A stretch of 63,988 bases of DNA, the filler included, from Candidatus Huberarchaeum crystalense (lineage in GTDB: Archaea; Huberarchaeota; Huberarchaeia; Huberarchaeales; Huberarchaeaceae): NCBI GenBank assembly GCA_002790315.1. It is 5 parts of 5 records of this genome, joined end to end, with 100 filler letters (N's around TTAATTAATTAA, not from the genome) between each part and the next. Parts side by side here need not be neighbours in the genome. Positions count along the whole stretch, not along the records: positions 22,490 to 47,714 come from PFUW01000028.1; positions 47,815 to 54,877 come from PFUW01000025.1; 3 more parts are not named here. The stretch is one strand, 5' to 3'. The translations under genes and the position numbers were made by a program. Positions 39,970-50,800 of this stretch are shown piece after piece; position 1 is the first letter of the stretch; each line of letters opens with the position of its first letter. The notes beneath the pieces are model-generated. The model was not told the DNA's origin and searched no databases. It was given only the letters and a program-made list of their open reading frames with translations.

Positions 39970-40698
39970 ATGGCTCAAAAACCAAAAGGACTTGTTTTGT
40001 GGAATGGCAAGAAACGAAGCGATGGACGGGGAGTTAATGAACTTAGAAATATTTCAATGCAAGTAGGAGTACTTCCTCAAGTTACTGGCTCTGCGATGGT
40101 AACTTTTGGAAAAACAAAAGTAATTGCGAGTGTATATGGTCCAAAGCTTGTTGTTCCATCACATCTAAGCGATTCAAGCAAAGCAATTGTTAATGTTGAA
40201 TATACTATGGCACCTTTTTCAACAAAAGAAAGAATAGATCCAAGATTTTCACGCAGAAGCCAAGAACTTTCAAAAATTCTTTCGCGCGCATTTGAAGCAG
40301 CTATTTTTACTGATATGTATCCTGAAACTGAAATTAACATTTTTGTGCAAGTAATTAATGCTGATGCAGGAACAAGAATCGCTTGCTTAAATGCTGCTTC
40401 GCTTGCTTTGTGTCAAGCAGGTGTTGAAATGCGCGATTTGGTTGTTGGCATAACAGCAGGAAAAGTTGATGGAAAAGTTGTTTTAGATTTAGATAATCCT
40501 GAAGATAACTACGGAGAAGCCGATTTTGCTTTTGCTATGATGCCAACAAAAAATGAAATTGTTTTGTTGCAAATGGATGGTAATTTGACAAAAGAAGAAT
40601 GTGATGAGGCTATGAAACTAATGAAAAATGGAATTCAAAAAATTTACCAAATGCAGCGCGATGCTTTGCTTGCAGACTATAAGGAGGAATCTAAATAA
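39970..40698 (+). CDS. rrp41: Exosome exonuclease Rrp41
   Basis: RSDGR..ELR, GSAMV, APFSTKER, RRSQELS, ADAGTR, EDNYGEAD. Confidence 0.95.
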   Translation: MAQKPKGLVLWNGKKRSDGRGVNELRNISMQVGVLPQVTGSAMVTFGKTKVIASVYGPKLVVPSHLSDSSKAIVNVEYTMAPFSTKERIDPRFSRRSQELSKILSRAFEAAIFTDMYPETEINIFVQVINADAGTRIACLNAASLALCQAGVEMRDLVVGITAGKVDGKVVLDLDNPEDNYGEADFAFAMMPTKNEIVLLQMDGNLTKEECDEAMKLMKNGIQKIYQMQRDALLADYKEESK

Positions 40699-41474
40699 TG
40701 GTAAAACTTGAAGCAAACCTTGATTTAGTGTTTAGTTATTCTAGAAAAGATAGAAAAATAGATGATTTTCGAAAAATCACAATCACGTGCGGACTTATTG
40801 AGCATGCAGAAGGAAGCGCTCAAGTTGAACTTGGAAAAACAAAAGTAATTGCAGGCATTAAGCTTAGTGTAAAAGAGCCATATCTCGATGCTTCTGAGGA
40901 AGGAATTTTGATGGTTGGCGTGACGCAAGCAGAAATTATAAGACATATGAGTTTTGAACCTACTCGCAGCAGTTTTGCAGATGTTGAAGTGGCGCGCTTA
41001 GTTGATCGCGGTTTGCGCGAAGGTGGTGCAATTGATGTTAAAAAACTTGTGATTAAACCAAAAGAATTAGTGTGGTGCATAAATATAGATGTTGTTGTTG
41101 TGAACAACGACGGAAATCTAATTGACGCCTGCTCTTTGGCTGCAATGGCTGCTTTGCAAGATGCTAAAATGCTTAAAGTTGACACTGAAACCAACCGAGT
41201 TGTTTTGGGTGAGAAAACAAAAGAGTTATTGCCACTTATGAAAATTATAACAACCACAACTTTTCAAAAAATAAAAAAAACAATCGTGCTTGACCCTGCT
41301 ATTGAAGAAGAGAGTCCAAAAAATTGTAAATTTACAATTTCTCTTTGTGATGATAATAACATATGCTCAATGCAAAAAGGAGGAAGCAGCACAATGACTG
41401 AAGATGATTTTGAAGAGATGTATAAAATTGCTGTAAAAAAGCGAAAAGAATTATTGAAGATTTTAAAAAATTAA
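40698..41474 (+). CDS. rrp42: Exosome subunit Rrp42
   Basis: AEGSAQVELGKTKV, ARLVDRGLRE, DGNLIDA, DP..EEE, QKGG. Confidence 0.94.
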   Translation: MVKLEANLDLVFSYSRKDRKIDDFRKITITCGLIEHAEGSAQVELGKTKVIAGIKLSVKEPYLDASEEGILMVGVTQAEIIRHMSFEPTRSSFADVEVARLVDRGLREGGAIDVKKLVIKPKELVWCINIDVVVVNNDGNLIDACSLAAMAALQDAKMLKVDTETNRVVLGEKTKELLPLMKIITTTTFQKIKKTIVLDPAIEEESPKNCKFTISLCDDNNICSMQKGGSSTMTEDDFEEMYKIAVKKRKELLKILKN

Positions 41475-41581
41475 CTATTAATTTAAATTTAATTTTATAA
41501 TTTAGTAATTTGCTATTCTTAACTTTACGATCTTTTACAACCCAATATTTTATTGTTAAAATTCGCTGTGTAAAATAATAT

Positions 41582-41896
41582 ATGGCAAAAAAACAATCAA
41601 AAGACCAAAAACCAAAATCTACAACAAAAATAGCACCAGGAGCAGCACAAGCAAAACAAGCAGCAGAAGTAGTAACAGAAATAAAAAAGAAAAAGGAAAA
41701 AAAAGGAAAAAAAGCTCCAAAACAAACAATTTCTCCTCAAAAATGGAAAGCATATGAATTAAAAGATGGAAAACTTGTGAAAAAAAACAAAGTTTGCCCA
41801 AAATGCGGAGCAGGTGTTTTCCTTTCAATACATAAAGACAGAATGCACTGTGGAAAGTGTGGGTATATTGAGAAGATTAAAGTTCAAATAAGTTAG
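41582..41896 (+). CDS. rps27ae: 30S ribosomal protein eS31 (S27ae) with Lys/Ala-rich N-terminal extension
   Basis: CPKCGAGVFLSIHKDRMHCGKCGY. Confidence 0.92.
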   Translation: MAKKQSKDQKPKSTTKIAPGAAQAKQAAEVVTEIKKKKEKKGKKAPKQTISPQKWKAYELKDGKLVKKNKVCPKCGAGVFLSIHKDRMHCGKCGYIEKIKVQIS

Positions 41897-42058
41897 ATAA
41901 AGTTCCAATTTAAAGTTCAAATAAGTTAGATAAAGTTNNNNNNNNATTTATTTATTTTAATTTGATTAAGTGTTATTGTTTTTTTATTTTATTTATTTTT
42001 GGTTTTATATGTTATTTGTTTATTAACTTTATTTGTTTTTATTTTTTTAACTTTATTA

Positions 42059-42511
42059 TTATTGGCTGCTATCTTCATCATCTTGCGCGACTTTTTTAAT
42101 TTCACTTGTTTTTAATGTTAAAGGTATTGAAACAAAAGTATTCTGAAGTTCAAGCGTGCATTCTTTTTTTGCTTCATTTACTGCTTTCACTGTTGCGAAA
42201 TCATTTTTAAATGCGCCCTTTAGAATTTGCACTTTGTCGCCAATATTGAGTTGAATTGGTTTTTCTTCTTTTGTTAGAAAGGTGTCAAGTTCGCTTGGTT
42301 TCATTTCTCCGACAATTCGATGAACATTTAGCAAAGAAGGTACAATCTTTTGAATATCATCATTGTCACCTTCAATAACAAGATATCCTTTAAGTTTAGG
42401 CAAAATCGCTGCGCTGTATATTTTATAACCAAGACGTTCTGTTAATCGCACTATTTGTTCGATAATGAGTCGTTCTTTTTTTGATTGCACTTTCAAAACA
42501 TAAAGTCCCAT
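42059..42511 (-). CDS. spt5: Transcription elongation factor Spt5 (NusG)
   Basis: NGN domain (LKGYLVIEG) plus KOW (GDKVQILKGAFK). Confidence 0.9.
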   Translation of the reverse strand: MGLYVLKVQSKKERLIIEQIVRLTERLGYKIYSAAILPKLKGYLVIEGDNDDIQKIVPSLLNVHRIVGEMKPSELDTFLTKEEKPIQLNIGDKVQILKGAFKNDFATVKAVNEAKKECTLELQNTFVSIPLTLKTSEIKKVAQDDEDSSQ

Positions 42512-42557
42512 AATTTTATTTAATCAAAAGCTTGTTTGCAGGATTAATAAAAAGGTT

Positions 42558-43229
42558 ATGTTTGAAAGCATTTTGGGGAAAACTCTTAAAACACCATTAT
42601 TTAACCTAATAGAGCCAATACCAAAAATTGTAACCACTTATTATGGAAAGCCATCAACAGGAAAGACAAATATTTTGCTATCTTTATCTGTTAATTATGC
42701 TCAGCAAGGCAAGAAAGTTCTGTTTGTTGATGTTGACGGCGGATTTTCTATTGCGCGCATAAAGCAAATGCTTGGAAAAAATGATGTTGAGAGTGTGCTT
42801 AATAATATTTATGTTGCAAGCCCGCGCACTTTTGAAGAACAAATGCGCGAGATCAAAAATTTAAGAAAAACTGTTGAAAGAGATCAAATTTCACTTGTGA
42901 TTATAGATTCAATTATTCTTCTTTATCGTTTAGAATTAGGTGAAAATTTTCAAGATATTAACCGTGAGCTTGGCAAGCAGCTGGCAGGGTTGTGCGATGT
43001 TGCAAGAACATTTAAAATACCTGTGATAGTAACAAACCAAGTTAGGGAATGGAATAATAAAGAGGAAATGGTTGGGGGTGATATTTTAAAATATTGGAGT
43101 AAGATTATTTTTAAAGTTGAAAAAACAAATAAAGCATACAACATATCTGTTTTGCGACACATAACTTTGCCGCAAGGCGTTGGTTGTGATTTTCGAATTG
43201 TTGATGCTGGCTTAGAGGAGATTGTATGA
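42558..43229 (+). CDS. radB: RadB recombination protein
   Basis: YGKPSTGKT, IDSIILLYR, VIVTNQV, GGDILKYWSK. Confidence 0.88.
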   Translation: MFESILGKTLKTPLFNLIEPIPKIVTTYYGKPSTGKTNILLSLSVNYAQQGKKVLFVDVDGGFSIARIKQMLGKNDVESVLNNIYVASPRTFEEQMREIKNLRKTVERDQISLVIIDSIILLYRLELGENFQDINRELGKQLAGLCDVARTFKIPVIVTNQVREWNNKEEMVGGDILKYWSKIIFKVEKTNKAYNISVLRHITLPQGVGCDFRIVDAGLEEIV

Positions 43230-43330
43230 TAGGGCGTATTTGGAAAAAAGGATTGATTTTGGTTGTCTGTTTTTATCAAGAAAACAACATAAAATATATT
43301 TGGAAGAATAAAGAAAACAACNNNNNNNNN

Positions 43331-44905
43331 TATTTTGAATTGAAAAAATTAGTAGAAACAGCGCAACCCCTAATAAAAGATGTGTTTGTTGATAAAATAG
43401 ATATTATTAATAAAAAAACACTACAAATCCGTCTAAATCAAAAAATTGAGCAGCGCAAATTAGTTTTAATTGCTAAGCCACAGGAATTTTTTTTTATTGG
43501 CGAACAACGACTTGAAGCTCCTAAACAACCATTATCAGCGACAAGTGCATTTAGAAAATATTTAAATAATTGCATTTTGAAAGATGTTGAAATAATACCT
43601 AACAACCGAATTGTTAAAATATCTTTTAAAAAACATTGTATTGTTTCTCATGACATAGATTTTACATCCACAAAACCCCAAACATTTTATCTTTTTATTG
43701 AATTTTTCAGTTCATGTAGTTTTATTTTGACAAATGCAGATTTAGAAATTCTGGCACTTTCAAGATATTATAAAGATAAAAACCGAGAATTAAAAGTTCA
43801 CAATTTATATATTGTTCCTGAAAGCAAAGAAATTCCACTACCCGTTGTTGCTCCTGCAAGCAATATACACCTTTTACAAAAACAACAACAAACAAAGGCT
43901 TTCAACAATATTTTTGACGAACAAAAAAAACAATTTTGGGAGAATTTTGAAAAATCACAATCATCTGCTTCACTTAAAGGCGAGGAAAAAATTGAAATGT
44001 TTCAAAAAGCAACACTTAAAAAATATTTGAGGCAAAAAGACGAATTTGCAAAAAAAGGAAAATTTATTTTAGATAATTTATACAAAATCCAGCAAGAATT
44101 TGAAGAGGCAAAAAAAGATTTAAAAGAGTGCATTAATTTAGATATAGAGGGAGTAATTTTAAGTTTAGATCTAAATAAAACTCCTCAAAAACAAGCCCGT
44201 GATTTTTTTGAGAAAAGCAAAAAAACAAAAGAAAAAATAGCAAAAATTGAGCAAATGTTAAAAAAAGCAGAAAAAAACAAAAGAAAAAAAGAAAGCCAAA
44301 AATCTTCTAAAAAACTGCTTGAAATTAAAGAATGCACTGAATTTTACACTAAATATCATTGGTTTTTCTCTTCGAGCGGTTTTTTGTGCTTTGGAGGTAG
44401 AAGCGCAGAGCAAAATGAAGATATTTTGAGAAATTTAGTGAAAAAAGATGATATTATATTGCATACAGATACTCCTGGCTCGCCATTTTTTATTATTAGG
44501 TCAGACATCAGAAAAATTGATGAACAAACAATTCAAGAAGCAAGCCAAGCAACTGTAAGTTATTCGAGATATTGGAAAAATAATTATTCTGCAGGCATTG
44601 CTAATGTTTTTGCTCCATATCAAGTTAAAAAAGAAAAAAACTTGCCACTAGGCACATTTTTAGTTGAAGGAAAAATTAGAAAAATGCGCGCAATTCTTGA
44701 GATCGCAATCGGAATTGATAAAACTAATCAAGTTATAGGCGGACCAACTTCAGCAATTTTGCAAGAAGCCAAAAATTATGTTATTTTACAGCCAGGCAAA
44801 AAAAGCAAGTCAGAAATTATGAAAATAATTAGTGAAAAACTTAAAATTCCAAAGCCAGCAATTGAAAAATTTTTGCCAAGTGGAGAGTATAAAATTATTT
44901 CTTGA
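43331..44905 (+). CDS. NFACT/Rqc2 (RqcH) ribosome quality control protein; true start hidden in N gap
   Basis: FRKYL, RIVKI, FYTKYHWFFSSSG, GGRSAEQNE, HTDTPGSPF, VSYSRYWK. Confidence 0.9.
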   Translation, partial: YFELKKLVETAQPLIKDVFVDKIDIINKKTLQIRLNQKIEQRKLVLIAKPQEFFFIGEQRLEAPKQPLSATSAFRKYLNNCILKDVEIIPNNRIVKISFKKHCIVSHDIDFTSTKPQTFYLFIEFFSSCSFILTNADLEILALSRYYKDKNRELKVHNLYIVPESKEIPLPVVAPASNIHLLQKQQQTKAFNNIFDEQKKQFWENFEKSQSSASLKGEEKIEMFQKATLKKYLRQKDEFAKKGKFILDNLYKIQQEFEEAKKDLKECINLDIEGVILSLDLNKTPQKQARDFFEKSKKTKEKIAKIEQMLKKAEKNKRKKESQKSSKKLLEIKECTEFYTKYHWFFSSSGFLCFGGRSAEQNEDILRNLVKKDDIILHTDTPGSPFFIIRSDIRKIDEQTIQEASQATVSYSRYWKNNYSAGIANVFAPYQVKKEKNLPLGTFLVEGKIRKMRAILEIAIGIDKTNQVIGGPTSAILQEAKNYVILQPGKKSKSEIMKIISEKLKIPKPAIEKFLPSGEYKIIS

Positions 44906-45140
44906 TTTCTAAGAATCCTTCTTGTTCGCCGATTTCAACCCAAGCCCATGCCCAAACAACTGCTTCAAATGCGCGCACAAAATCCTCTTTTTCAGTGAAG
45001 TAGTGGCTATCTTTAATATATGCTTTAATGTTTTTTAGAAAGCCATGCTTTTTAGGATTTTTCAATTTAATATCAAGATTGTCTAATTTGTTTAACCATT
45101 TGATTGTTTCTTTTTTTAGATGTTCTTTTGTAGAGACCAT
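44895..45140 (-). CDS. DUF357 family protein
   Basis: NIKAYIKDSHYF..DFVRAFEAVVWAWAW. Confidence 0.85.
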   Translation of the reverse strand: MVSTKEHLKKETIKWLNKLDNLDIKLKNPKKHGFLKNIKAYIKDSHYFTEKEDFVRAFEAVVWAWAWVEIGEQEGFLEIKK

Positions 45141-45152
45141 ATTTTTGTTTGC

Positions 45153-45282
45153 TTTTTGATTATTTTAATATTTTTGATTATTTTAATATTTTTGATTATT
45201 TTAATATTTTTGATTATTTTAATATTTTTGATTATTTTAATATTTTTGATTTTTTAATATTTTTGATTATTTTAATATTTTT
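45153..45282. repeat. Tandem repeat, 18-bp unit x~7
   Basis: TTTTTGATTATTTTAATA repeated just upstream of DUF357. Confidence 0.95.
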
Positions 45283-45593
45283 AAAAAGCATTATTACTTT
45301 TATTTTTAATAAAAATTTTACTTGAATTTATGAATTTTAGGCAAACCAAAATTTTGTTATATTATTAGAATATTAAATATTACTTAGATTATCTGATTAC
45401 ATCTGTTTTTTTAAATATTATTTAAATTATTTGATTACCTTTGTTTTTTAGGCATAATTTTACAAAAATTTTGAAAATATACTAAAAACTGCAAGTTTTT
45501 AAATAAGAGTAAAATAAATTTATTTTTAAATATGTTTAAAATAAATATACAACTAAAGCGAGTGTATTTTTAGAGTAGTTGAACAATTACTTT

Positions 45594-45994
45594 TTATTTT
45601 ACTTTTTCTGCAATTTGTTTTCCATAATTTCTGCACTGTTCTTTTTCTTCATCACCAGGAGTTAAATGAATTGTCAGGCCGCCCCCAATAACATTAAAGC
45701 CATTTTTTTTAAGCTGTTTAACAAAATCTCTCATCCACTGTCCGCTACCCCAACCATGACTTCCAAATGCGCCTGCAATCTTGTTTTTTATTCCTTCTTT
45801 TTCCATTTGACTTACAAAATCTTCCATTTCATCTGCAAGGACTTCATCACCCATTGCCGGTGAGCCAAGAATTACTGCTTTTGCATCTTTTACATCATCA
45901 ATCGTTGCTATGTCAACCAATTTTATTGAAACATCAATTCCTGTACTTTCAACACCTTCTTTTATTGCTTCTGCCATTATTTCTGTGTTTCCTG
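45594..45994 (-). CDS. Short-chain flavodoxin (N-terminus in N gap)
   Basis: GNTEIMAEAI, LGSPAMG, AFGSHGWGSG. Confidence 0.9.
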
Positions 45995-46271
45995 NNNNNN
46001 NNGATTTGGGATTTATGAATTTCTAAATTTCCTTAAATTTTTAATGATTTTTATTAAATTCTTTTCAAAGTTTGTTTTTGTGATTTAACTTTTGAGAGTT
46101 TTTTTGTGTTTTTGAAGGTATTAATTATATTTTTGTATAAATTGCTTTCACATCTGTTTTAAAACTCTTTTTTCGCGCATATATCAAAATATTATCTCTT
46201 GTTTTTTAATTCAGAGAATATTTTTTGCTTTTTTATAAAAAAACTGCTAGTAAAACTTGCTTAAATAAGTT

Positions 46272-47714
46272 ATGAAACTTACAAAATATCACTTTGTTCC
46301 CACAATTTTTTTATTACTTTTAGCACTTGGAATTTTTGCAATTTTGTTTAACTCTTCTATTACAGGTTTTTTTGCCGCAGTTTCAGTAAACAATATAGAT
46401 GCTTTACCTGTTTTTTACGACAACCAAACCATAGATTTTAATTTTATAACCACATCACACAATATTTCCTACTGCGCGCTCTTCTTAAATTATGACTTGG
46501 CTGACTTCCAAATAACTGCGAGCAAAACATTTATTTTGAGCAATCTTTCAGAGGGTGATTATGACTGGCTTATTGCATGCACAAATAAAACAGATGTTGA
46601 AATTGCAGCAGCAGGCGCATTTAAAGTGTTAGCGAGCAATCAGCAGCAGGAAAATCAGACAATAGGCAATCAAACAAACCAGACAGAAGACCAAAACCAA
46701 ACAAGCGACCAACAAAATAANNNNNNNNNNNNNNNNNNNNNNNNNNNNNNNNNNNNNNNNNNNNNNNNNNNNACAATAATCAAACTAATCAAACACAAGA
46801 GAATCAAAACCAAACAAGCGACCAACAAAATAATCAAATCAATCAAATAGAAAATCAAAAGAGTGAAGAAACCAAAAAGGATAGCAACAAAGACAAAGAA
46901 AGTGGTAATAAAGACAAAGAAATCAACAATAATACAGATGACAGCAACAAAGATAAAGAAATCAACAAAAGACATCTTACAGGACTTTTCTTAGCTAGTG
47001 GCGCGCCAGAAACTTTAAAAGATAACAAAAAGCAAAATAATGAGCTGAGCAAGACAACATCTGAGTTTAATTTAACTAAAATAGCTAAAAAGGTTTTTTT
47101 TGTTGGACAAAACATAAAATATGACTTTTCTGATAGTTCTTTGTCCAAAAACTTTGTTTTTGTGGTTTTGACACTTGATAAAAAAATAAAATATATTAAT
47201 GTATCGAGCGGAATTTTAGTTATAGAAGAAAACGCAACAACCAAAGGAAAATATACACTTTTTATTTTTGACAAAAAGATTAAATATCGTTTTGGAAAGT
47301 ATAGTTTTGAAAAAATTTATAATCAAGAAATNNNNNNNNNNNNNNTAAATGAGTCAGGGGTTTTGCTAAAATTTAATGATAGCGATGCATTGTTTGACAC
47401 TTTTGAGATTTTTGATGTTTTGGATTTGCAGCAGCCAATTAGAGTAAAAGAAATAGAATCGAGTCCAACCCCGCGATTTCAGCGAATGTATGCAATCGAT
47501 CCAACTGGCGCGAACTTTTTAAGTGCAAAATTAAGGGTTAAAAATGCGACCACAAGCCAGCTTTATAAGTGCGCGGACTGGAACTTTACAACACAGACTT
47601 GCGAAGGAAAATGGGCTTTTCTCAAAAGCATAACACCTGGCGAAGATTACACTATTGTTTTAACACCTGATGACCCTGGCTATGGTGAATCAGACCCAAA
47701 CACAGGAACAGCAT
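46272..47714 (+). CDS. Large secreted surface protein, partial (N gaps; Q/N-rich linker)
   Basis: Signal peptide, Ig-like segment, NQT repeats; the frame after the gap is continuous into ORF 47141; truncated by the linker. Confidence 0.7.
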
Positions 47715-47814
47715 NNNNNNNNNNNNNNNNNNNNNNNNNNNNNNNNNNNNNNNNNNNNTTAATTAATTAANNNNNNNNNNNNNNNNNNNNNNNNNNNNNN
47801 NNNNNNNNNNNNNN
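47715..47814. other. Artificial scaffold linker
   Basis: N44-TTAATTAATTAA-N44. Confidence 0.97.
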
Positions 47815-50800
47815 AGAATACATCCAGTAGTGGCATATATTACAAAGCCTTTTGTATATATTCAAGGATGTTATTCTGAAATGTTTGCTTATTCAGACGG
47901 TACTCCTGGATATAGATTAAGTTGCACTCTTTCAAATCCAGATTTTTATTGGGGAATAGGAAACTCATATCGCTGTAAATCTTGCAGTAGTGTTTCTACT
48001 ATAAATAACACAGCTAATAGTCAATGGCATGTTATAATAACAGGTAAAAATGTTGATGGAAGCACAAGCACTAGACTTGACAAAACAGAAGACATCGGGG
48101 TAAATATTCCTTGTGGTACTAAAATAACAAAAAAAATAGAAAAAGAAATACCTATTTCAGAATTAGCTACATCAGAGGGGGTAGATACAGTAAATATTAT
48201 TACTTTATCCGATGGAAAAAAAGATACTCAAACACAACAATTTTATAGTGTAAAGAACTTTCTTTTTCCAATCGGGGATAAATTTGAAATGTGTACTAGT
48301 ATGAGTGAGGCATATATTAGATTTAGTGCTGCTAATATTGATTATAAATCGCAAAGCGCCACAATTGATTGTATGAGTGGAGCAAACTGCGCGCAAACCA
48401 ATATTTTTGATATTCCTTTGTGGGGATCTCTTGTTGGAACTGTTCATGCAAAAGGGTTGACAGGAGGTACTAATGGTGCTACATACACACTACGTGTAAA
48501 GGGAGAAATTCCATTAGGCACTAGTAAGCGCACAGATAAAAAGGAAATAACTATTACAAAGAATGATTATGTGTGTGGTCAGAATATAATGGTAACTCGT
48601 TTTTGGCCTAATACTTCTTGCGAATTAGGAAAACCAATTAAATTTACAGCTGAATTACGGTCAACTAGTAGCAATAAAATAAGCGAGAAGTTTTATAATC
48701 AATTTAAAATTGGAAGTCTATACAGTGAGCATTTATATTTAACAGAGAATCAATTTCAAAACTTAACAAACTACAACTTAACATATATTGATTATAATTG
48801 GATACCATCATCAGCAGGACCATATTCTGCTTGTATTATTGCAGATAGCAATAACAACATAATAAAAGAAACAGACGAATCTGATAATCGTGCGTGTTCT
48901 ACTTTTTATTGCACTGGATTTTTAGGCTTTGTAGATAAATCAGTGGATAAGATAACAGCTGAACCGCACCAATTAATAAAATATACAATTCCTTATGGAA
49001 ATATTAAGGGGGGGGTTAATTTAACAAACGTAAAAATTAGTGATACTTTGCCAGCAGGAACTACTTATGTTAATTCATCTCCAGAAGGCATAATGAGAAA
49101 TAATGTTATTACATGGAATCTTGGAAATCTTGAGGCAGGAGATGGAGGTACACTTAGTTTAATACTAAATATATCAACTTGTTATACAAAAGGTACAATA
49201 ATTCCAAATTCAGCTAAACTCACAGCAGGAGATAATATGGGAAATTCTTATTCTACAGATTCCCCTTCTGTTTCTACTAGAATTGTTTGTTCTAAAGACA
49301 CTGATAATGATGGTCTTTGTGATGTATGTGATCTTGTTTTTTGTGGAAATGGTGGGTGTGATGCAGGCGAAACTTGTGCTACTTGTCCTTTTGATTGTGC
49401 TTGTGTTTCTCCAGATGTTTGTTGTGGATCTGGATCTAGTGCAAAATGTTTTACTCTTGCTTGTATTTCAAATTCAGATTGTAGATACCTCGATGCTGCG
49501 TGTAGAAAGTATAGTTGTGTGTTTGGAGGCACATGTAATGCAAAATGCAATATTTCCTCAGAAATAACACATTGTAATAATAGTACTAAAGATGGTTGTT
49601 GTCCTCCTGGTTGCACGACTGCAAATGATGCTGATTGCCTTGCTACTTGTGGAAATGGTATTTGTGATAAACTGAGTGAAAATTGTAATAATTGCCCTAG
49701 AGATTGTGGTTGTAATGCTACTTATGAATATTGTAGTAAAAAAGGTGTTTGTGAACCATTGTGTGGAGATGGTAGGTGTGATAGGGGTAGTGGTGAAAAT
49801 GAAATTTCTTGTTGTATAGATTGCTCTTGTTCTGCAAACCTCTGTTTAGGATCAACATATATAACTCATAATTGCCCTTTTAAAAATGGTCTTGGTGGGT
49901 GTGCAACTAATCATGATGATTGTAGTGATTGCTCTTGTTCTTGTGGGGGATATAATCGCACAGAAAAACCGTCTGATGGTTCTTGCAATGATAAAAAAGA
50001 TAATAATTGTGATGGAGAGTGTGATTATGATACATCTGGTGGATGTATAAAAGGAGATAAAGGATGTTCTATTGAAATAACTAACATAGCAGTATCTGCG
50101 TCAACTGTTTGCCCTGGTGAATATGTTTATGTTAACTGCACTTCTTCTGTTCCAAATGTAAATAGTGTTGAGGTATCTGTTGATGGAGATTCTACAAAGT
50201 GTAGTTGGACAGCATGGAATGGAAATAAAGCAAACTTTAGGTGTTATGTAAGCGAGACCACAAAAACACAAACAATAAACTGCGCAGTAAATACAAACAA
50301 GTCATATAAACAAGGATCAGATAAAAACCAAACAATTACAGTAGGAGGACAGGTGTGCTGTTCAGATTATAAAACAAGTGCTGTTTGTGGTAATGACAAC
50401 AAATGTGAATGGTGTCATACATGTAAAGGAACAAAATATAGCGGGGGTGGTGATAGATGTATAAGTAAAGGTAATTGTATTTTTTCTTGCAACAAAAGAA
50501 TGTGTAGTGCAACTTGTGATGCAGCACAAGGTGGTTGTGGTCAGGTTTATGACTATACTGTTTGGGATAGTTGTAAAAATAATACTGTAAAAGAAGGAAC
50601 AAGATATTGTAATATTACAACTTGTGATAGTAATTCTTGCTCTTGCAAATATGACTCTGCTGGGGTGTGTGATGTTGCATCTGAAACTCTTTCTTGCGAT
50701 TCTGATTCAGTATGTGTAGGAGGACAATGTAAAAAAGACACAGATAAAGATGGAGTTCCTGATGACTCTGATAATTGTATATATGTATCAAATCCAGATC

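Noticed and set aside
3813-45282. Short tandem arrays as CRISPR arrays
   Set aside because: The units are contiguous with no unique spacers.
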